64,000 nucleotides of DNA from an uncultured delta proteobacterium (GTDB taxonomy: Bacteria > Desulfobacterota > Desulfuromonadia > Desulfuromonadales > BM103), in assembly GCA_963715335.1 (NCBI GenBank), contig CAVQRZ010000025.1, positions 32,001 through 96,000 on the forward strand, read 5' to 3'. Both the position numbers and the translations under genes were made by a program. Under the pieces are notes generated by a model. That model was given only the letters and a program-made list of their open reading frames with translations. It was not told the origin of the DNA and made no database searches. Each line of letters opens with the position of its first letter. Positions within the stretch are counted from its first letter, which is position 1. Below, piece by piece: positions 12,546-24,155 of this stretch.

Positions 12546-13341
12546 ACAGCGGATCATTACTGCAATTATCGCATTGCCGATTCTTCTCCTCTGCGTTTTT
12601 TACAGCGGTCAGGGGCTATTTTCAGGACTTCTGTTTGTCGTCAGCGCACTGGCTTTGCATGAATTCTACCGGATGGCGCTGCCGGCAGAGCGCCGTCTTG
12701 AAAGCTCATTGTCCATTGTTGCCGGGGTCCTCTGCAGCCTCGGAATAGTTTATGCCGCCAGTCCTTCGGCCCTCTTATTCAGTATCGTTGTGCCTATTCT
12801 TCTTCTGACCCTGGTTTATCTTTTCCGTTTCCGGGATATCCAGACGGTCAGTCGCGATCTTTCAGTCAGCCTGCTCGGTATCCTGTATGTCCCGGTGTTG
12901 CTTGCCCACGCTGTCCTTCTGCGTGCTCTCCCTGATGGCCGCAACTGGATCTTCCTGGTTTTGTTTGTGGTCATGGCAAGTGACAGCATGGCCTATTTTA
13001 TCGGTATGAAGTTCGGCAGACACCGTCTTTACGAAGCCGTAAGCCCGAAGAAAACGGTCGAAGGCTCGGTCGCAGGATTAACCGGCGGGGTGCTGGGTGC
13101 GGTGGCTTGCAAATACTGGTTTTTCGCCGGGCTGAATGGGTTCGACGTCATGCTTCTCGGCATCGGTGTCGGCGCCTTCAGCCAACTGGGAGATTTGGTC
13201 GAATCATTGTTGAAACGCAGTTTCGGGGTTAAAGACTCTGGTTCACTGATTCCCGGTCACGGCGGGCTCCTCGACCGGCTCGACAGCCTGTTGTTCGCTT
13301 TTCCGCTGACCTACTATTATGCCGTATGGGTGTTTGCATGA
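12541..13341 (+). CDS. cdsA: Phosphatidate cytidylyltransferase (start probably ATT 12541; alternative ATG 12508)
   Basis: [41 protein letters not shown]. Confidence 0.95.
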   Translation: MKQRIITAIIALPILLLCVFYSGQGLFSGLLFVVSALALHEFYRMALPAERRLESSLSIVAGVLCSLGIVYAASPSALLFSIVVPILLLTLVYLFRFRDIQTVSRDLSVSLLGILYVPVLLAHAVLLRALPDGRNWIFLVLFVVMASDSMAYFIGMKFGRHRLYEAVSPKKTVEGSVAGLTGGVLGAVACKYWFFAGLNGFDVMLLGIGVGAFSQLGDLVESLLKRSFGVKDSGSLIPGHGGLLDRLDSLLFAFPLTYYYAVWVFA

Positions 13342-14510
13342 AACGGTTGGCCATCCTCGGCTCGACCGGCTCAATCGGCGTGAGCACACTCGAAATCGTT
13401 GCTGAATATCCGGACCGCTTTCAAGTTGTTGCCCTGACAGCCGGCCGCAACCTGGCTCTACTCGAAGAGCAGATTGCCCGTTTTTCTCCTGTCCTAGTTG
13501 CCGTCCCTGACCGGGAAAATGCCAGACTTCTTGAAGAGAGAATCGGTGCCGGTGGCCCTGAAGTTCTTTATGGTACGGAAGGCCTGATCTATTGCGCAGC
13601 TGAATCTCCTGCCGAGATGGTCGTCTCGGCTATTGTCGGCGCAGCCGGGCTCGAACCAACCCTTGCTGCCATTGAAGCAGGCCGGGACATTGCCCTGGCC
13701 AACAAAGAGACCCTGGTGGTCGCCGGTGAACTGGTGATGGCGACTGTCGCCAGGTCCGGCTGCAAACTTTACCCTGTTGACAGTGAACACTCGGCTATCT
13801 ATCAGTCGCTCGCAGGGCATCGCAAGGATGATGTGCGTCGCCTGATTCTGACGGCGTCCGGCGGACCTTTTCGCAACTGGTCGATTGAGGACCTGTGCGG
13901 GGTGAGGCCGAAAGATGCCCTGGCTCACCCCAATTGGACCATGGGGCGGAAGATCACCATCGATTCCGCAACCATGATGAACAAGGGTCTCGAAGTGATT
14001 GAAGCCCATTGGCTGTTCGACCTCTCCATCGACAAGATCGCGGTGCACATCCACCCTGAGAGTATCGTTCATTCCATGGTCGAGTACATTGACGGGGCAG
14101 TCATGGCACAACTCGGTATCCCTGATATGAAAACACCAATCGCCTACGCTCTCAGCTATCCGGAAAGGTTGGCCCTTGATCTGCCGCACCTGGACCTTTG
14201 CCGGCTCGGAAAACTACATTTTGCTGCGCCTGACCGGACGTGTTTCCCATGTCTCGACCTGGCCTATGAGGCTATCCGTAGAGGCGGCACAACCCCCGCC
14301 GTGCTGAACGCTGCAAACGAGATTGCCGTGGAAGCTTTTCTACAGGAAAAGGTCGGGTTCCTCGATATACCGCGGATAATATCGCTGGCGATGGATGGAC
14401 ACTCCTGTACTGCTGTGGCCGGGTTGGCGGAAATTCTGGCTGCAGATGCGTGGGCACGTCAGAGGGCTGAATCTATTGTTGATGACATTCAAGGAGTTTC
14501 CTACGCATGA
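13338..14510 (+). CDS. dxr: 1-deoxy-D-xylulose 5-phosphate reductoisomerase
   Basis: [44 protein letters not shown] overlap with cdsA. Confidence 0.99.
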   Translation: MKRLAILGSTGSIGVSTLEIVAEYPDRFQVVALTAGRNLALLEEQIARFSPVLVAVPDRENARLLEERIGAGGPEVLYGTEGLIYCAAESPAEMVVSAIVGAAGLEPTLAAIEAGRDIALANKETLVVAGELVMATVARSGCKLYPVDSEHSAIYQSLAGHRKDDVRRLILTASGGPFRNWSIEDLCGVRPKDALAHPNWTMGRKITIDSATMMNKGLEVIEAHWLFDLSIDKIAVHIHPESIVHSMVEYIDGAVMAQLGIPDMKTPIAYALSYPERLALDLPHLDLCRLGKLHFAAPDRTCFPCLDLAYEAIRRGGTTPAVLNAANEIAVEAFLQEKVGFLDIPRIISLAMDGHSCTAVAGLAEILAADAWARQRAESIVDDIQGVSYA

Positions 14511-15829
14511 TAACTATCGCTGCCGGCATCGTACTGCTGGGCATTCTGGTCTTTGTCCATGAACTCGGTCATTTCGCTGTCGCGAAATTCTGTGGCGTCA
14601 AGGTTCTGAAATTCTCGCTTGGGTTCGGCCCGCGCCTCGTTTCCAGGCAGTGGGGCGAGACCGAATACATGGTTTGCGCAATACCGCTCGGCGGCTACGT
14701 GCAGATGCTTGGAGAGGGCGGTGGGGACCAGGGTGAGGATGCAGAGATCCCTCCAGATGAAGAGCACCGCTCTTTTTCCAAACAAAGCCTTTCCCGGCGA
14801 ATGGCGATTGTCGCCGCCGGACCGATCATGAATTTGGTCCTGCCGTTTCTGGTTCTGCCCCTTGCGTACCTGGTCGGGATCAATTTACCCGCTTACCTCG
14901 ACGAGCCCCCATGTGTCGGCTATGTGATCCCTGGCTCTGAGGCCCAAGAGGCCGGTTTCCGCAGAGGGGACTGCATCGTTGAAATCAGCGGCCACAAAGT
15001 AAGGACCTGGACTGACACCGGACCGGCGCTGGTGAATGGTGCCGGCGAGCCGATCGTTTTCATATTTGATCGTGCTGGCCAGATTGCCGAATTGACCATT
15101 GCGCCCGAGCACGGCGCACTGGAAGGTTTGCAGTCGATTGGTCTGTTGCCCGACCAGGGTGCTGTAATCGGCACTCTTGCCCCCGGTATGCCTGCGGTCA
15201 AGGCGGGCCTCGAAGCGGGGGACAGAATCCTCTCCATCGGCGAGCGTGAGATAATCTCGTGGTACGAGCTCAAAGATGCTATCCAGGAGGTCGGCGGCCG
15301 ACCGGTCACGGTGATTGTTGAACGTAACCAGGAACGGCATTCGTTCCAAATCGTCCCAGAACAGGCTGACGATAATAAAAGTTACCTGATCGGCATTGCC
15401 CCGAATCAGGATACCGTGTTCAAACGCTTCTCTCTCGGAGAGTCGATCAAAGCCGGCGCCGGGCGCAGTATGGACCTGATCGAGCTGACGCTGGTCTTTA
15501 TTCAGAAACTGTTTGCCGGCCACGTTTCGACCAGTAATATCGGTGGACCGATCACTGTGGTACAGATTGCCGGGCAGGCCGCGCAGACGGACCTCTCAAG
15601 TATCCTGAGCGTGCTGGCTTTTCTGAGTATCCAGCTCGGAATTCTCAACCTCCTGCCGATTCCAATTTTGGATGGTGGCCATCTCTTTTTCTATTCGTTT
15701 GAACTGGTTTTCCGGCGGCCACTCTCATTGCGCGCCAGGGAATGGGCGCAACAGCTCGGCCTGATTATGTTGATCATGCTAATGGTGCTGGCCTTCTACA
15801 ACGATATCGTGCGCATGATCGGGAATTGA
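14507..15829 (+). CDS. rseP: RIP metalloprotease RseP
   Basis: HELGH, PLGGYV, two PDZ-like segments, [11 protein letters not shown]. Confidence 0.97.
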   Translation: MITIAAGIVLLGILVFVHELGHFAVAKFCGVKVLKFSLGFGPRLVSRQWGETEYMVCAIPLGGYVQMLGEGGGDQGEDAEIPPDEEHRSFSKQSLSRRMAIVAAGPIMNLVLPFLVLPLAYLVGINLPAYLDEPPCVGYVIPGSEAQEAGFRRGDCIVEISGHKVRTWTDTGPALVNGAGEPIVFIFDRAGQIAELTIAPEHGALEGLQSIGLLPDQGAVIGTLAPGMPAVKAGLEAGDRILSIGEREIISWYELKDAIQEVGGRPVTVIVERNQERHSFQIVPEQADDNKSYLIGIAPNQDTVFKRFSLGESIKAGAGRSMDLIELTLVFIQKLFAGHVSTSNIGGPITVVQIAGQAAQTDLSSILSVLAFLSIQLGILNLLPIPILDGGHLFFYSFELVFRRPLSLRAREWAQQLGLIMLIMLMVLAFYNDIVRMIGN

Positions 15830-15830
15830 C

Positions 15831-16544
15831 GTGTCTCCAACCTTGTTGACCATTCAGACCGCATCCCCGGCAGGCAGTATTGCACTGACTGCCGGGGAGC
15901 GTCTGCTGGCGGAACTCAACCTGGATGTGCGTAAAACCCCGACCGAATGGCTGCTGCAGTCGATCGGGGACCTGCTGGACAAAACGGATGTCAAAAAAGC
16001 CGATCTGGATGCCATTGCCGTGGTGCGGGGCCCGGGTTCTTTTACCGGCCTGCGGGTTGGTTTGGCTACGGCCAAGGGACTGTCTCTGGCTTTGGGTTGT
16101 CCGCTGCTTGGCATCTCCTCTCTGCAGTGTCTCGCCATGCAGCTGCCATTTTCCGCCCTACCGGTCTGCGTCATGCTGGATGCGCGCAAACAGGAAGTGT
16201 ACTCGGCCAGTTACCGATGGGAAGGAGGATATCCTCATCCGATCACGGCAGAAAGAGTCGCCGGACCTGAACTGTTGTTGAACGAGGTCAACAGTGAGAC
16301 GCTGTTCGCGGGTAACGGCGCCCAGCTGTACAGAACTTTGATCGTCAGGAAACTCGGTGACCGGGCGCACTTCGCACCAGCATTTATCAACTTGCCACGC
16401 GCTGCCGGGGCGGCCGCTCTGGCCCTGTGCGAGTGGCAAGCAGGACGGACATTTACGGCGGATCAACTGATGCCAAATTACCTTCGGCCTTCTGAAGCCG
16501 AACTTAATTTACTTAACAGGAAAAAATCAGGGAATTCAGGTTGA
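15831..16544 (+). CDS. tsaB: tRNA t6A biosynthesis protein TsaB
   Basis: GPGSFTGLRVG, DARKQEVY, P.YLRPSEAE. Confidence 0.95.
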   Translation: MSPTLLTIQTASPAGSIALTAGERLLAELNLDVRKTPTEWLLQSIGDLLDKTDVKKADLDAIAVVRGPGSFTGLRVGLATAKGLSLALGCPLLGISSLQCLAMQLPFSALPVCVMLDARKQEVYSASYRWEGGYPHPITAERVAGPELLLNEVNSETLFAGNGAQLYRTLIVRKLGDRAHFAPAFINLPRAAGAAALALCEWQAGRTFTADQLMPNYLRPSEAELNLLNRKKSGNSG

Positions 16545-16616
16545 CAACTCTGCTCCCCGTTCGCTATTTTTTAGTTACCGTTCGTATTACTATCCTTACA
16601 AACTCAGGAGGTGCTC

Positions 16617-16838
16617 ATGGCAGAGAATGACATGGATTTGGTTCAACGCTTGAGTGAAGAAAACCCAAGATTCAGAAAGCTGCACGAACAACACTTGCTT
16701 TTCGAAAAACAGCTTCAGGAGCTGGATGATCGAAACTACCTGACCCCCGAGGAAGATCTCGAACGGAAAAAAATACAGAAACTAAAGCTGGCCGGTAAAG
16801 ATGAAATGGAAGACATCCTTCGCGATTATCGTCAGTAG
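16617..16838 (+). CDS. DUF465/YdcH-family small coiled-coil protein
   Basis: FR.L.E.H...E..L and KLKL.GKD pattern; SD AGGAGG; upstream TTGACA-N18-TATTTT. Confidence 0.8.
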   Translation: MAENDMDLVQRLSEENPRFRKLHEQHLLFEKQLQELDDRNYLTPEEDLERKKIQKLKLAGKDEMEDILRDYRQ

Positions 16839-16860
16839 CAACTTATAACATTACAGATTC

Positions 16861-16890
16861 AACAGGGGCCATCTTCGGCCCCTGTTTTCT
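16861..16890 (+). terminator. Intrinsic terminator
   Basis: AACAGGGGCC-ATCTTC-GGCCCCTGTT then TTCTTTT. Confidence 0.8.
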
Positions 16891-17024
16891 TTTCTGTAAC
16901 GAATTCCCGCGACATTTGAGAAACCCAGGGTTTTTTCGCTTTTGCACTTTACCTTGCGGATTCACGCGGGTATAAAGATCGGATATCTTGATCAATAGAA
17001 CATAGTTATTGTCCAGGAGGAGAA

Positions 17025-18689
17025 ATGACCCAGAAACGTAGCAGCGCCATCACCCAGGGATTTGAACGCACACCGCACCGGGCCTTATTGAAGGGAACCG
17101 GGGTTCCGCAGGCAGAGATGGGAAAGCCTTTTATCGGGATTGCCTCATCTTTTACTGATTTGATCCCGGGACATACCGGCATGCGCGATCTTGAGCGTTT
17201 TATCGAAAAAGGGGTTCACACAGGAGGCGGATATTCCTTCATCTTCGGGATCCCCGGTGTCTGCGATGGTATCGCCATGGGTCATCGCGGCATGCATTAT
17301 TCCCTGCCTACCCGCGAACTGATTGCTGATATGGTCGAGTCGGTCGCAGAAGCTCACCGCCTGGATGGGCTGGTTCTGCTGACCAACTGCGATAAGATAA
17401 CTCCGGGAATGCTGATGGCTGCTGCCCGTCTTGATATCCCCTGCATCGTGGTCACTGCCGGACCGATGATGACCGGTGCCGGCCGCGAGGGGCGAAAGTT
17501 CTCCTTCGTCACGGACACCTTTGAGGCCATGGCCCAATACAAGGCAGGAGTTATCGACGAGCAGGAACTGATGATGTGTGAAGACAAGGCCTGTCCGACT
17601 GCAGGCTCCTGCCAGGGGCTCTTTACAGCCAATACCATGGCCATCCTGACGGAAACTCTCGGTATGAGCCTGGTCCGTTGTGGAACCTCCCTGGCAGTAT
17701 CTTCCATGAAACGCCGGATCGCCTTTGCCAGCGGTGAACGCATCGTAGGCCTGGTCCGCGATCAGATTACTCCGCGACAGATCATGACCCGAGCTGCATT
17801 TGAAAACGCCATCCGGGTCGATCTGGCTCTTGGCGGTTCGAGCAATACCGTACTGCACCTGTTGTCGATAGCACACGAAGCCGGTGTTGACCTGCCGCTC
17901 GAGGACTTCGACCGCCTCGGTCGTGAGACCCCTCAACTGGCTTCAATGAACCCCGGCGGCAAGCATTTTATGGAAGACCTTGACGCGGCCGGTGGTGTTC
18001 CCGGTGTCCTTTATCAGTTACGTGACCGCATCAACGATAATCCGACCCTGACCGGCCCTACTATAAAAGAGATTGTGGCCAGTGTTGCGTCTGTTGATGA
18101 TGAAGTTATCCGGCCAGTCGACAATCCCGTTCGAGCCGAGGGTGGCCTGGCTGTCCTGTTCGGTAACCTGGCACCGCTTGGTTCTGTTGTAAAGCAGTCG
18201 GGGGTCTCCGAACAGATGATGAATTTTGAAGGCACGGCCCGTTGTTTTGAATCTGAGGAGGCTGCCATGGCAGCCTTGATGGGCGGCCAGGTTGTTGCAG
18301 GCGATGTCGTCGTGATTCGCTACGAGGGACCCAAAGGTGGTCCTGGTATGAGGGAGATGCTTGCCCCGACAGCGACCCTGATGGGGCTCGGCCTGGGTGA
18401 TAGCGTCGCGCTCATCACCGATGGCCGTTTCTCCGGCGGCACCCGTGGCCCATGCATCGGGCATATCTCTCCAGAAGCTGCGGAGGGCGGTCCGATTGCT
18501 CTGGTTGCAGATGGTGACAGAATCCGCCTTGACATCCCGAATCGCAAGCTGGACCTGCTGGTTGATGATGCTGAACTTGCAAAGCGTAAATCAACCTGGC
18601 AGGCCCCGGCGGCGAAGATCAAGACCGGCTGGCTTGCCCGTTACGCCAAGGTTGTTACTTCGGCCAACACCGGCGCCGTCTGCAAGTAA
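17025..18689 (+). CDS. ilvD: Dihydroxy-acid dehydratase
   Basis: [45 protein letters not shown]. Confidence 0.99.
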   Translation: MTQKRSSAITQGFERTPHRALLKGTGVPQAEMGKPFIGIASSFTDLIPGHTGMRDLERFIEKGVHTGGGYSFIFGIPGVCDGIAMGHRGMHYSLPTRELIADMVESVAEAHRLDGLVLLTNCDKITPGMLMAAARLDIPCIVVTAGPMMTGAGREGRKFSFVTDTFEAMAQYKAGVIDEQELMMCEDKACPTAGSCQGLFTANTMAILTETLGMSLVRCGTSLAVSSMKRRIAFASGERIVGLVRDQITPRQIMTRAAFENAIRVDLALGGSSNTVLHLLSIAHEAGVDLPLEDFDRLGRETPQLASMNPGGKHFMEDLDAAGGVPGVLYQLRDRINDNPTLTGPTIKEIVASVASVDDEVIRPVDNPVRAEGGLAVLFGNLAPLGSVVKQSGVSEQMMNFEGTARCFESEEAAMAALMGGQVVAGDVVVIRYEGPKGGPGMREMLAPTATLMGLGLGDSVALITDGRFSGGTRGPCIGHISPEAAEGGPIALVADGDRIRLDIPNRKLDLLVDDAELAKRKSTWQAPAAKIKTGWLARYAKVVTSANTGAVCK

Positions 18690-18742
18690 CAGAAATATTC
18701 AAATCCGGTTCGTTTCTGGCGAGCCGTTTCGAGGAGGATTAA

Positions 18743-20443
18743 GTGAAACTGACCGGTTCAAAAATACTGTTGGAATGCCTTCTCCAGGAAGGGGTCGATA
18801 CGATCTTCGGTTATCCAGGCGGCACAGTCATCAATATTTACGATGACTTGATGGATTCTCCGATCAATCACATTTTGACCCGCCATGAGCAGGCTGCAGT
18901 TCATGCCGCTGATGGTTATGCCCGGGCGACCGGCAAGGTGGGTGTCGCGATTGCCACCAGCGGCCCTGGGGCGACCAACACCATTACCGGGATTGCGACA
19001 GCCTACATGGATTCTATCCCTTTAGTTGTTATCACCGGCCAGGTGCCGACACCGTTGATCGGTAATGATGCTTTCCAGGAAGCGGACGTTATAGGCTTGA
19101 CCCGCCCGATTACCAAGCACAATTACCTGGTCAGAGATGTCAAGGACCTGGCGGTGACGGTTAAGAAAGCCTTCTATATTGCCCGCACCGGTCGTCCCGG
19201 TCCCGTCGTGATCGATTTGCCGAAAGATGTACAGATAGCAGCAACAAAGTTCGAATATCCCGACTCCGTCGAGCTGCGTGGTTACAAGCCGACCTATAGC
19301 GGCAACATGCGCATGGTCGAAAAGGCTGCAAAAATGATCCTGTCGGCGAAGAAGCCGGTTCTCTATGTCGGTGGTGGCGCCTCTTTGACTGACGCCCATG
19401 GTGAACTGCTGGAACTCGCTGAAATGCTTCAGGCTCCGGTTACAACCACGCTGATGGGAATGGCCAGCTTTCCGACAAAACACAATTTATCCCTTGGTAT
19501 GCTCGGCATGCACGGGACCTACTATGCCAACATGGCTGTAACCAACTCCGACCTGCTGATTGCCCTCGGCGCGCGTTTTGACGATCGGGTCACCGGTAAG
19601 ATTGCAACGTTTGCCCCGCATGCCAAGATTATTCATGTCGACGTCGATCCGACCTCAATCAAGAAAAATGTGCGCGTCGACCTGCCAATCGTTGGGGATT
19701 TGCGCGACGTGCTGAAAAAGCTCAACAAAAAAATCGTCGAACACAAAGACGAGTTCGAATCGATGCATAACGCACTGAAGCCATGGCATGATGAGATTTC
19801 CGGCTGGCGGAAAGATCAGCCGATGACTTACAAAAGCTCCAAAACCGAGATCAAGCCTCAGTTTGTTATCGAAAAGCTGCGCGAGTTGTCCAACGATGAT
19901 GCCATCGTCACCACTGAAGTCGGTCAACACCAGATGTGGGCGGCCCAGTTTTTTGAGTTCACTCAGCCGCGGACTTTTCTTACCTCTGGTGGTTTGGGGA
20001 CAATGGGGTATGGCCTGCCCGCTGCCCTCGGTGCCCAGGCCGCTTTCCCAAAACGCCAGGTGATCGACATCTCCGGTGATGGCTCATTTCAGATGAACTC
20101 ACAGGAGATGGCAACCCTGGTCCAGTACCGTCTGCCGGTCAAGATTGTCATCCTTAACAATAACTTCCTCGGTATGGTGCGGCAGTGGCAGCAGCTTTTT
20201 TTCGATAAACGCTACAGCCAGACCTGCATGGAACTGCCCATCGATTTCGTCAAGCTGGCTGAGGCCTATGGGGCAACCGGTCTGCGGGCAACCAAACCGG
20301 ACGAGGTTGAAGATGTGATCAGGAAGGCCTTCGAAACACCTGGTCCAGTTATCATGGAGTTCAAGATCTCTCGCGAAGAGAATGTTATGCCCATGGTTCC
20401 CGCCGGTGCCGGGATCAATGAAATGTTGCTGAGGACCGCTTGA
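18743..20443 (+). CDS. ilvB: Acetohydroxyacid synthase large subunit
   Basis: FGYPGG, RHEQ.A.HAADGYAR, TSGPGATN, GMHG, GDGSFQMN, GMVRQWQ. Confidence 0.98.
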   Translation: MKLTGSKILLECLLQEGVDTIFGYPGGTVINIYDDLMDSPINHILTRHEQAAVHAADGYARATGKVGVAIATSGPGATNTITGIATAYMDSIPLVVITGQVPTPLIGNDAFQEADVIGLTRPITKHNYLVRDVKDLAVTVKKAFYIARTGRPGPVVIDLPKDVQIAATKFEYPDSVELRGYKPTYSGNMRMVEKAAKMILSAKKPVLYVGGGASLTDAHGELLELAEMLQAPVTTTLMGMASFPTKHNLSLGMLGMHGTYYANMAVTNSDLLIALGARFDDRVTGKIATFAPHAKIIHVDVDPTSIKKNVRVDLPIVGDLRDVLKKLNKKIVEHKDEFESMHNALKPWHDEISGWRKDQPMTYKSSKTEIKPQFVIEKLRELSNDDAIVTTEVGQHQMWAAQFFEFTQPRTFLTSGGLGTMGYGLPAALGAQAAFPKRQVIDISGDGSFQMNSQEMATLVQYRLPVKIVILNNNFLGMVRQWQQLFFDKRYSQTCMELPIDFVKLAEAYGATGLRATKPDEVEDVIRKAFETPGPVIMEFKISREENVMPMVPAGAGINEMLLRTA

Positions 20444-20549
20444 CCGTAGATAGCAACTGCAGAGCTGTTGATCGGATTGACGAATTACAACGTGCAGCGA
20501 TGTATCGATGCCGTAGAGTCGATCAACTATCCTTATCGAGGAGTTTTTA

Positions 20550-21044
20550 ATGCGACATACAATTTCTGTGCTGGTGGAGAATGAATTCGGCGTGCTTTCC
20601 AGAATCGCCGGACTTTTCTCCGGCCGTGGTTTCAATATTGAAAGCTTGTCGGTTGCACCTACGCTTGACCCGACCATCTCCCGGATGACGATTGTCACGA
20701 GTGGCGACGACAGGATTCTCGAACAGATCAACAAGCAGTTGAACAAGCTGATTGATACGATCAAGATCATTGATTTTACCGGTGAAGATTTCATCGAGCG
20801 CGAAATGGCGTTGATAAAAGTGACCGCGGATGAAAATTCCAGAGCCGAAATTTTGCGGATTGCCGATATCTTCCGCGGCAAAATCGTAGATGTCACGCCG
20901 AAATGCTACACGGTGGAAGTCACAGGTTCGCCAGTCAAGGTCAACGCCATAATCGATCTGCTACGGCCCATGGGAATCAAGGAACTGGTACGTTCAGGGC
21001 CGATTGTCCTTGGTCGCGGGCCCAAGGGGTGGCGGAATAGTTAG
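20550..21044 (+). CDS. ilvN: Acetohydroxyacid synthase small subunit
   Basis: VENEFGVLSRIAGLFSGRGFNIESL ACT domain. Confidence 0.97.
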   Translation: MRHTISVLVENEFGVLSRIAGLFSGRGFNIESLSVAPTLDPTISRMTIVTSGDDRILEQINKQLNKLIDTIKIIDFTGEDFIEREMALIKVTADENSRAEILRIADIFRGKIVDVTPKCYTVEVTGSPVKVNAIIDLLRPMGIKELVRSGPIVLGRGPKGWRNS

Positions 21045-21166
21045 CGCGTAACCTTGAGAAAAGTATGCAGCTGGCCATGTCAGGACAAATCTCTGGTGTG
21101 GCCTTCTCTGTTATGATATATATTCCTTTTTATATGCATAACACCGAATTTAATCGAAGGAGATAA

Positions 21167-22180
<1,014 letters not shown>

Positions 22181-22191
22181 TCAAAACAACA

Positions 22192-22225
22192 ACGGCGGGG
22201 GTCAACGCTCCCGCCGTAACCTTTT
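22192..22225 (+). terminator. Hairpin/terminator after ilvC
   Basis: ACGGCGGG...CCCGCCGT then AACCTTTT. Confidence 0.6.
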
Positions 22226-22243
22226 CAGAGGTCCGGTTCCTAT

Positions 22244-22891
22244 ATGAAAAACCAGCATCAGCCTGTCGCAGTGGAAGGGTATCCGTTCATCGGGTTGTTT
22301 GCCTTCATCGCCTTGTTCTTCGCAGTTGTTGATTGGAATTGCATGGCGACCATGTCTTTTGGCCTGACCCTGTTTGCGATCTACTTCTTTCGCAATCCCG
22401 AACGCATTCCACCTGATGATGTCAAAGCGATTGTCGCGCCTGCTGACGGCAAGGTCATCTTCGTGGGCAAGGTCCCAGAGAACCGTTATTTTGGCGGCGA
22501 GGAGGTGACCAAGGTCAGTATCTTCATGAACGTCTTTAACGTTCATGTCAACCGCGTCCCATTTGACTGCACGGTGCTTGATCAGTTTTACAACAAGGGC
22601 CGGTTCCTGAATGCTTCTCTGGACAAGGCCAGCCTTGAGAATGAACAGTCCGGCATGTTGCTCGAAACAGAATCCGGCATCAAAGTTCTCTGCGTGCAGA
22701 TTGCCGGTCTTGTCGCAAGGCGGATCGTTTCTTATCCGGAGAATGGAGATCAATTGAAAAGGGGTCAGCGCTATGGCCTGATTCGTTTTGGATCAAGGGT
22801 CGATCTGTATTTCCCTGATGGTGTAGAAGTGCTGGCAAGAATTGGCGACAAGACTGTCGCCGGTGAATCGGAGTTGGGATTCCTGCCGTGA
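22244..22891 (+). CDS. psd: Phosphatidylserine decarboxylase proenzyme
   Basis: FFRNPER, APADGKV, IFMNVFNVHVNR, IRFGSRVD (pyruvoyl cleavage site). Confidence 0.95.
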   Translation: MKNQHQPVAVEGYPFIGLFAFIALFFAVVDWNCMATMSFGLTLFAIYFFRNPERIPPDDVKAIVAPADGKVIFVGKVPENRYFGGEEVTKVSIFMNVFNVHVNRVPFDCTVLDQFYNKGRFLNASLDKASLENEQSGMLLETESGIKVLCVQIAGLVARRIVSYPENGDQLKRGQRYGLIRFGSRVDLYFPDGVEVLARIGDKTVAGESELGFLP

Positions 22892-23712
22892 GTCATGTCG
22901 GGGGTTCATATGACCGTCGTGAAAGCCTAAAACGGGGAGTCTACCTCCTGCCGAATCTGGTAACGACTGGAGGTCTGTTCGCAGGTTTCTACGGCATTGT
23001 TGCGACGATGAAGGGGGATTACCAACTCGCCGCCTGGTTTATCCTGATCTCTGCGGTCTTTGACGCGCTGGACGGCAAGGTGGCACGGCTGACCGGAACG
23101 ACAAGCCGTTTCGGTGTGGAATACGATTCTCTCGTCGACCTTGTTTCATTCGGGGTTGCGCCAGGTCTGCTCATGTATTCCTGGGCTCTGCAATCGTTTG
23201 GCAAATTAGGCTGGCTTGCTGCATTTCTTTACGTCGTCTGCGGTGCGCTTCGCCTGGCGCGTTTCAATATTCAGGTCAACACGGTTGAATCCCGCCGGTT
23301 TGTCGGTCTGCCGATTCCGGCCGCTGCCGGGATGGTCGCCTCGTGTGTTTTGCTTTTCTATTATTTGGGTGGTTCGGGAACGATTAAAAAAGTTTCTGTC
23401 GTCCTGTTGATTTACGTCCTGGCATACCTGATGGTCAGCAACCACAGTTATCATTCCTTCAAGGACCCTGAACTGGTCAAGCGCCAGCCTTTCAGTTTCC
23501 TGGTGCTGGCAATCATATTTATTATCGTGATTGTCGCAGAGCCGGAAATTATGCTCTTCAGCATCGCCTCGTTTTATGCGGCGTCGGGACCGCTTGGCGC
23601 CGTTATCAAATACTTCAAAGGCAAAACTCCGGAAGATAAGAGCCCTGCGGCAGGTGCCGTTCCAGACCCGGAGAATGGCGACTTCGATGAAAAAAATCAT
23701 CAGATATCTTGA
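22888..23712 (+). CDS. pssA: CDP-diacylglycerol--serine O-phosphatidyltransferase
   Basis: D.LDG.VAR...S.FG.EYDSL.D, LRLARFN, GLPIPAAA; coupled to psd. Confidence 0.95.
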   Translation: MSHVGGSYDRRESLKRGVYLLPNLVTTGGLFAGFYGIVATMKGDYQLAAWFILISAVFDALDGKVARLTGTTSRFGVEYDSLVDLVSFGVAPGLLMYSWALQSFGKLGWLAAFLYVVCGALRLARFNIQVNTVESRRFVGLPIPAAAGMVASCVLLFYYLGGSGTIKKVSVVLLIYVLAYLMVSNHSYHSFKDPELVKRQPFSFLVLAIIFIIVIVAEPEIMLFSIASFYAASGPLGAVIKYFKGKTPEDKSPAAGAVPDPENGDFDEKNHQIS

Positions 23713-23753
23713 CATTATGACAGGATTGCTGTCTTATTGAGTGTAGTTTGTAG

Positions 23754-24002
23754 AGGCGTTGAAGAGGAATAGTAGGGTCTGATGCTGTCACAGAGAGCCG
23801 GTGGTGCTGCGAACCGGTACAGATAATGACCTGAACTGGCCTTGGAGCTGCAGATGTCAAAGGGTACGGCTTGCAGGTGACCCGAGTAATTTCTGCCGTG
23901 AGCCTGCGTTAAAGGTCAATTAAGGATTTCGCTGCGACGAGATCAAACAGGGTGGTACCGCGAAGCCTAGCTCTCGCCCCTGACCGGGGTGGGAGTTTTT
24001 TA
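23754..24002 (+). ncRNA. T-box riboswitch, leucine specifier (CUG)
   Basis: AGTA (23771), AGAGA (23792), GCTG loop, GAA-CTG specifier (23836-23838), second AGTA (23885), GCGTTA, T-box AGGGTGGTACCGCG (23949-23962), antiterminator 3' arm CGCCCCT, terminator CTCTCGCCCC-TGACC-GGGGTGGGAG-TTTTTT. Confidence 0.93.
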
Positions 24003-24038
24003 TTTGTGCGGCAAAAACTTTTGAAAGGGGGTGGTTCT

Positions 24039-24155
24039 TTGGAATCCGACCTGAGTGACCTGGACCTGTTGTTGATGTACCCGTACTTAAAAAAATGTGG
24101 AATCAAAGAACCGAGCCTGAAAGAATTCGAGTCTAAATGGCAGAGGAGGCCATAA
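24039..24155 (+). CDS. Putative 38-aa Leu-rich upstream ORF coupled to leuA
   Basis: SD AAAGGGGGTG, TTG start, [38 protein letters not shown]; stop TAA overlaps leuA ATG. Confidence 0.45.
   Translation: MESDLSDLDLLLMYPYLKKCGIKEPSLKEFESKWQRRP

Noticed and set aside
16890..17024. Attenuator or riboswitch before ilvD
   Set aside because: Only short inverted repeats; no leader peptide, T-box motif or terminator recognised.
22244..23712. psd-pssA inside the ilv-leu cluster as a novel link
   Set aside because: From recall the same order occurs in Geobacter; ordinary synteny for this lineage.
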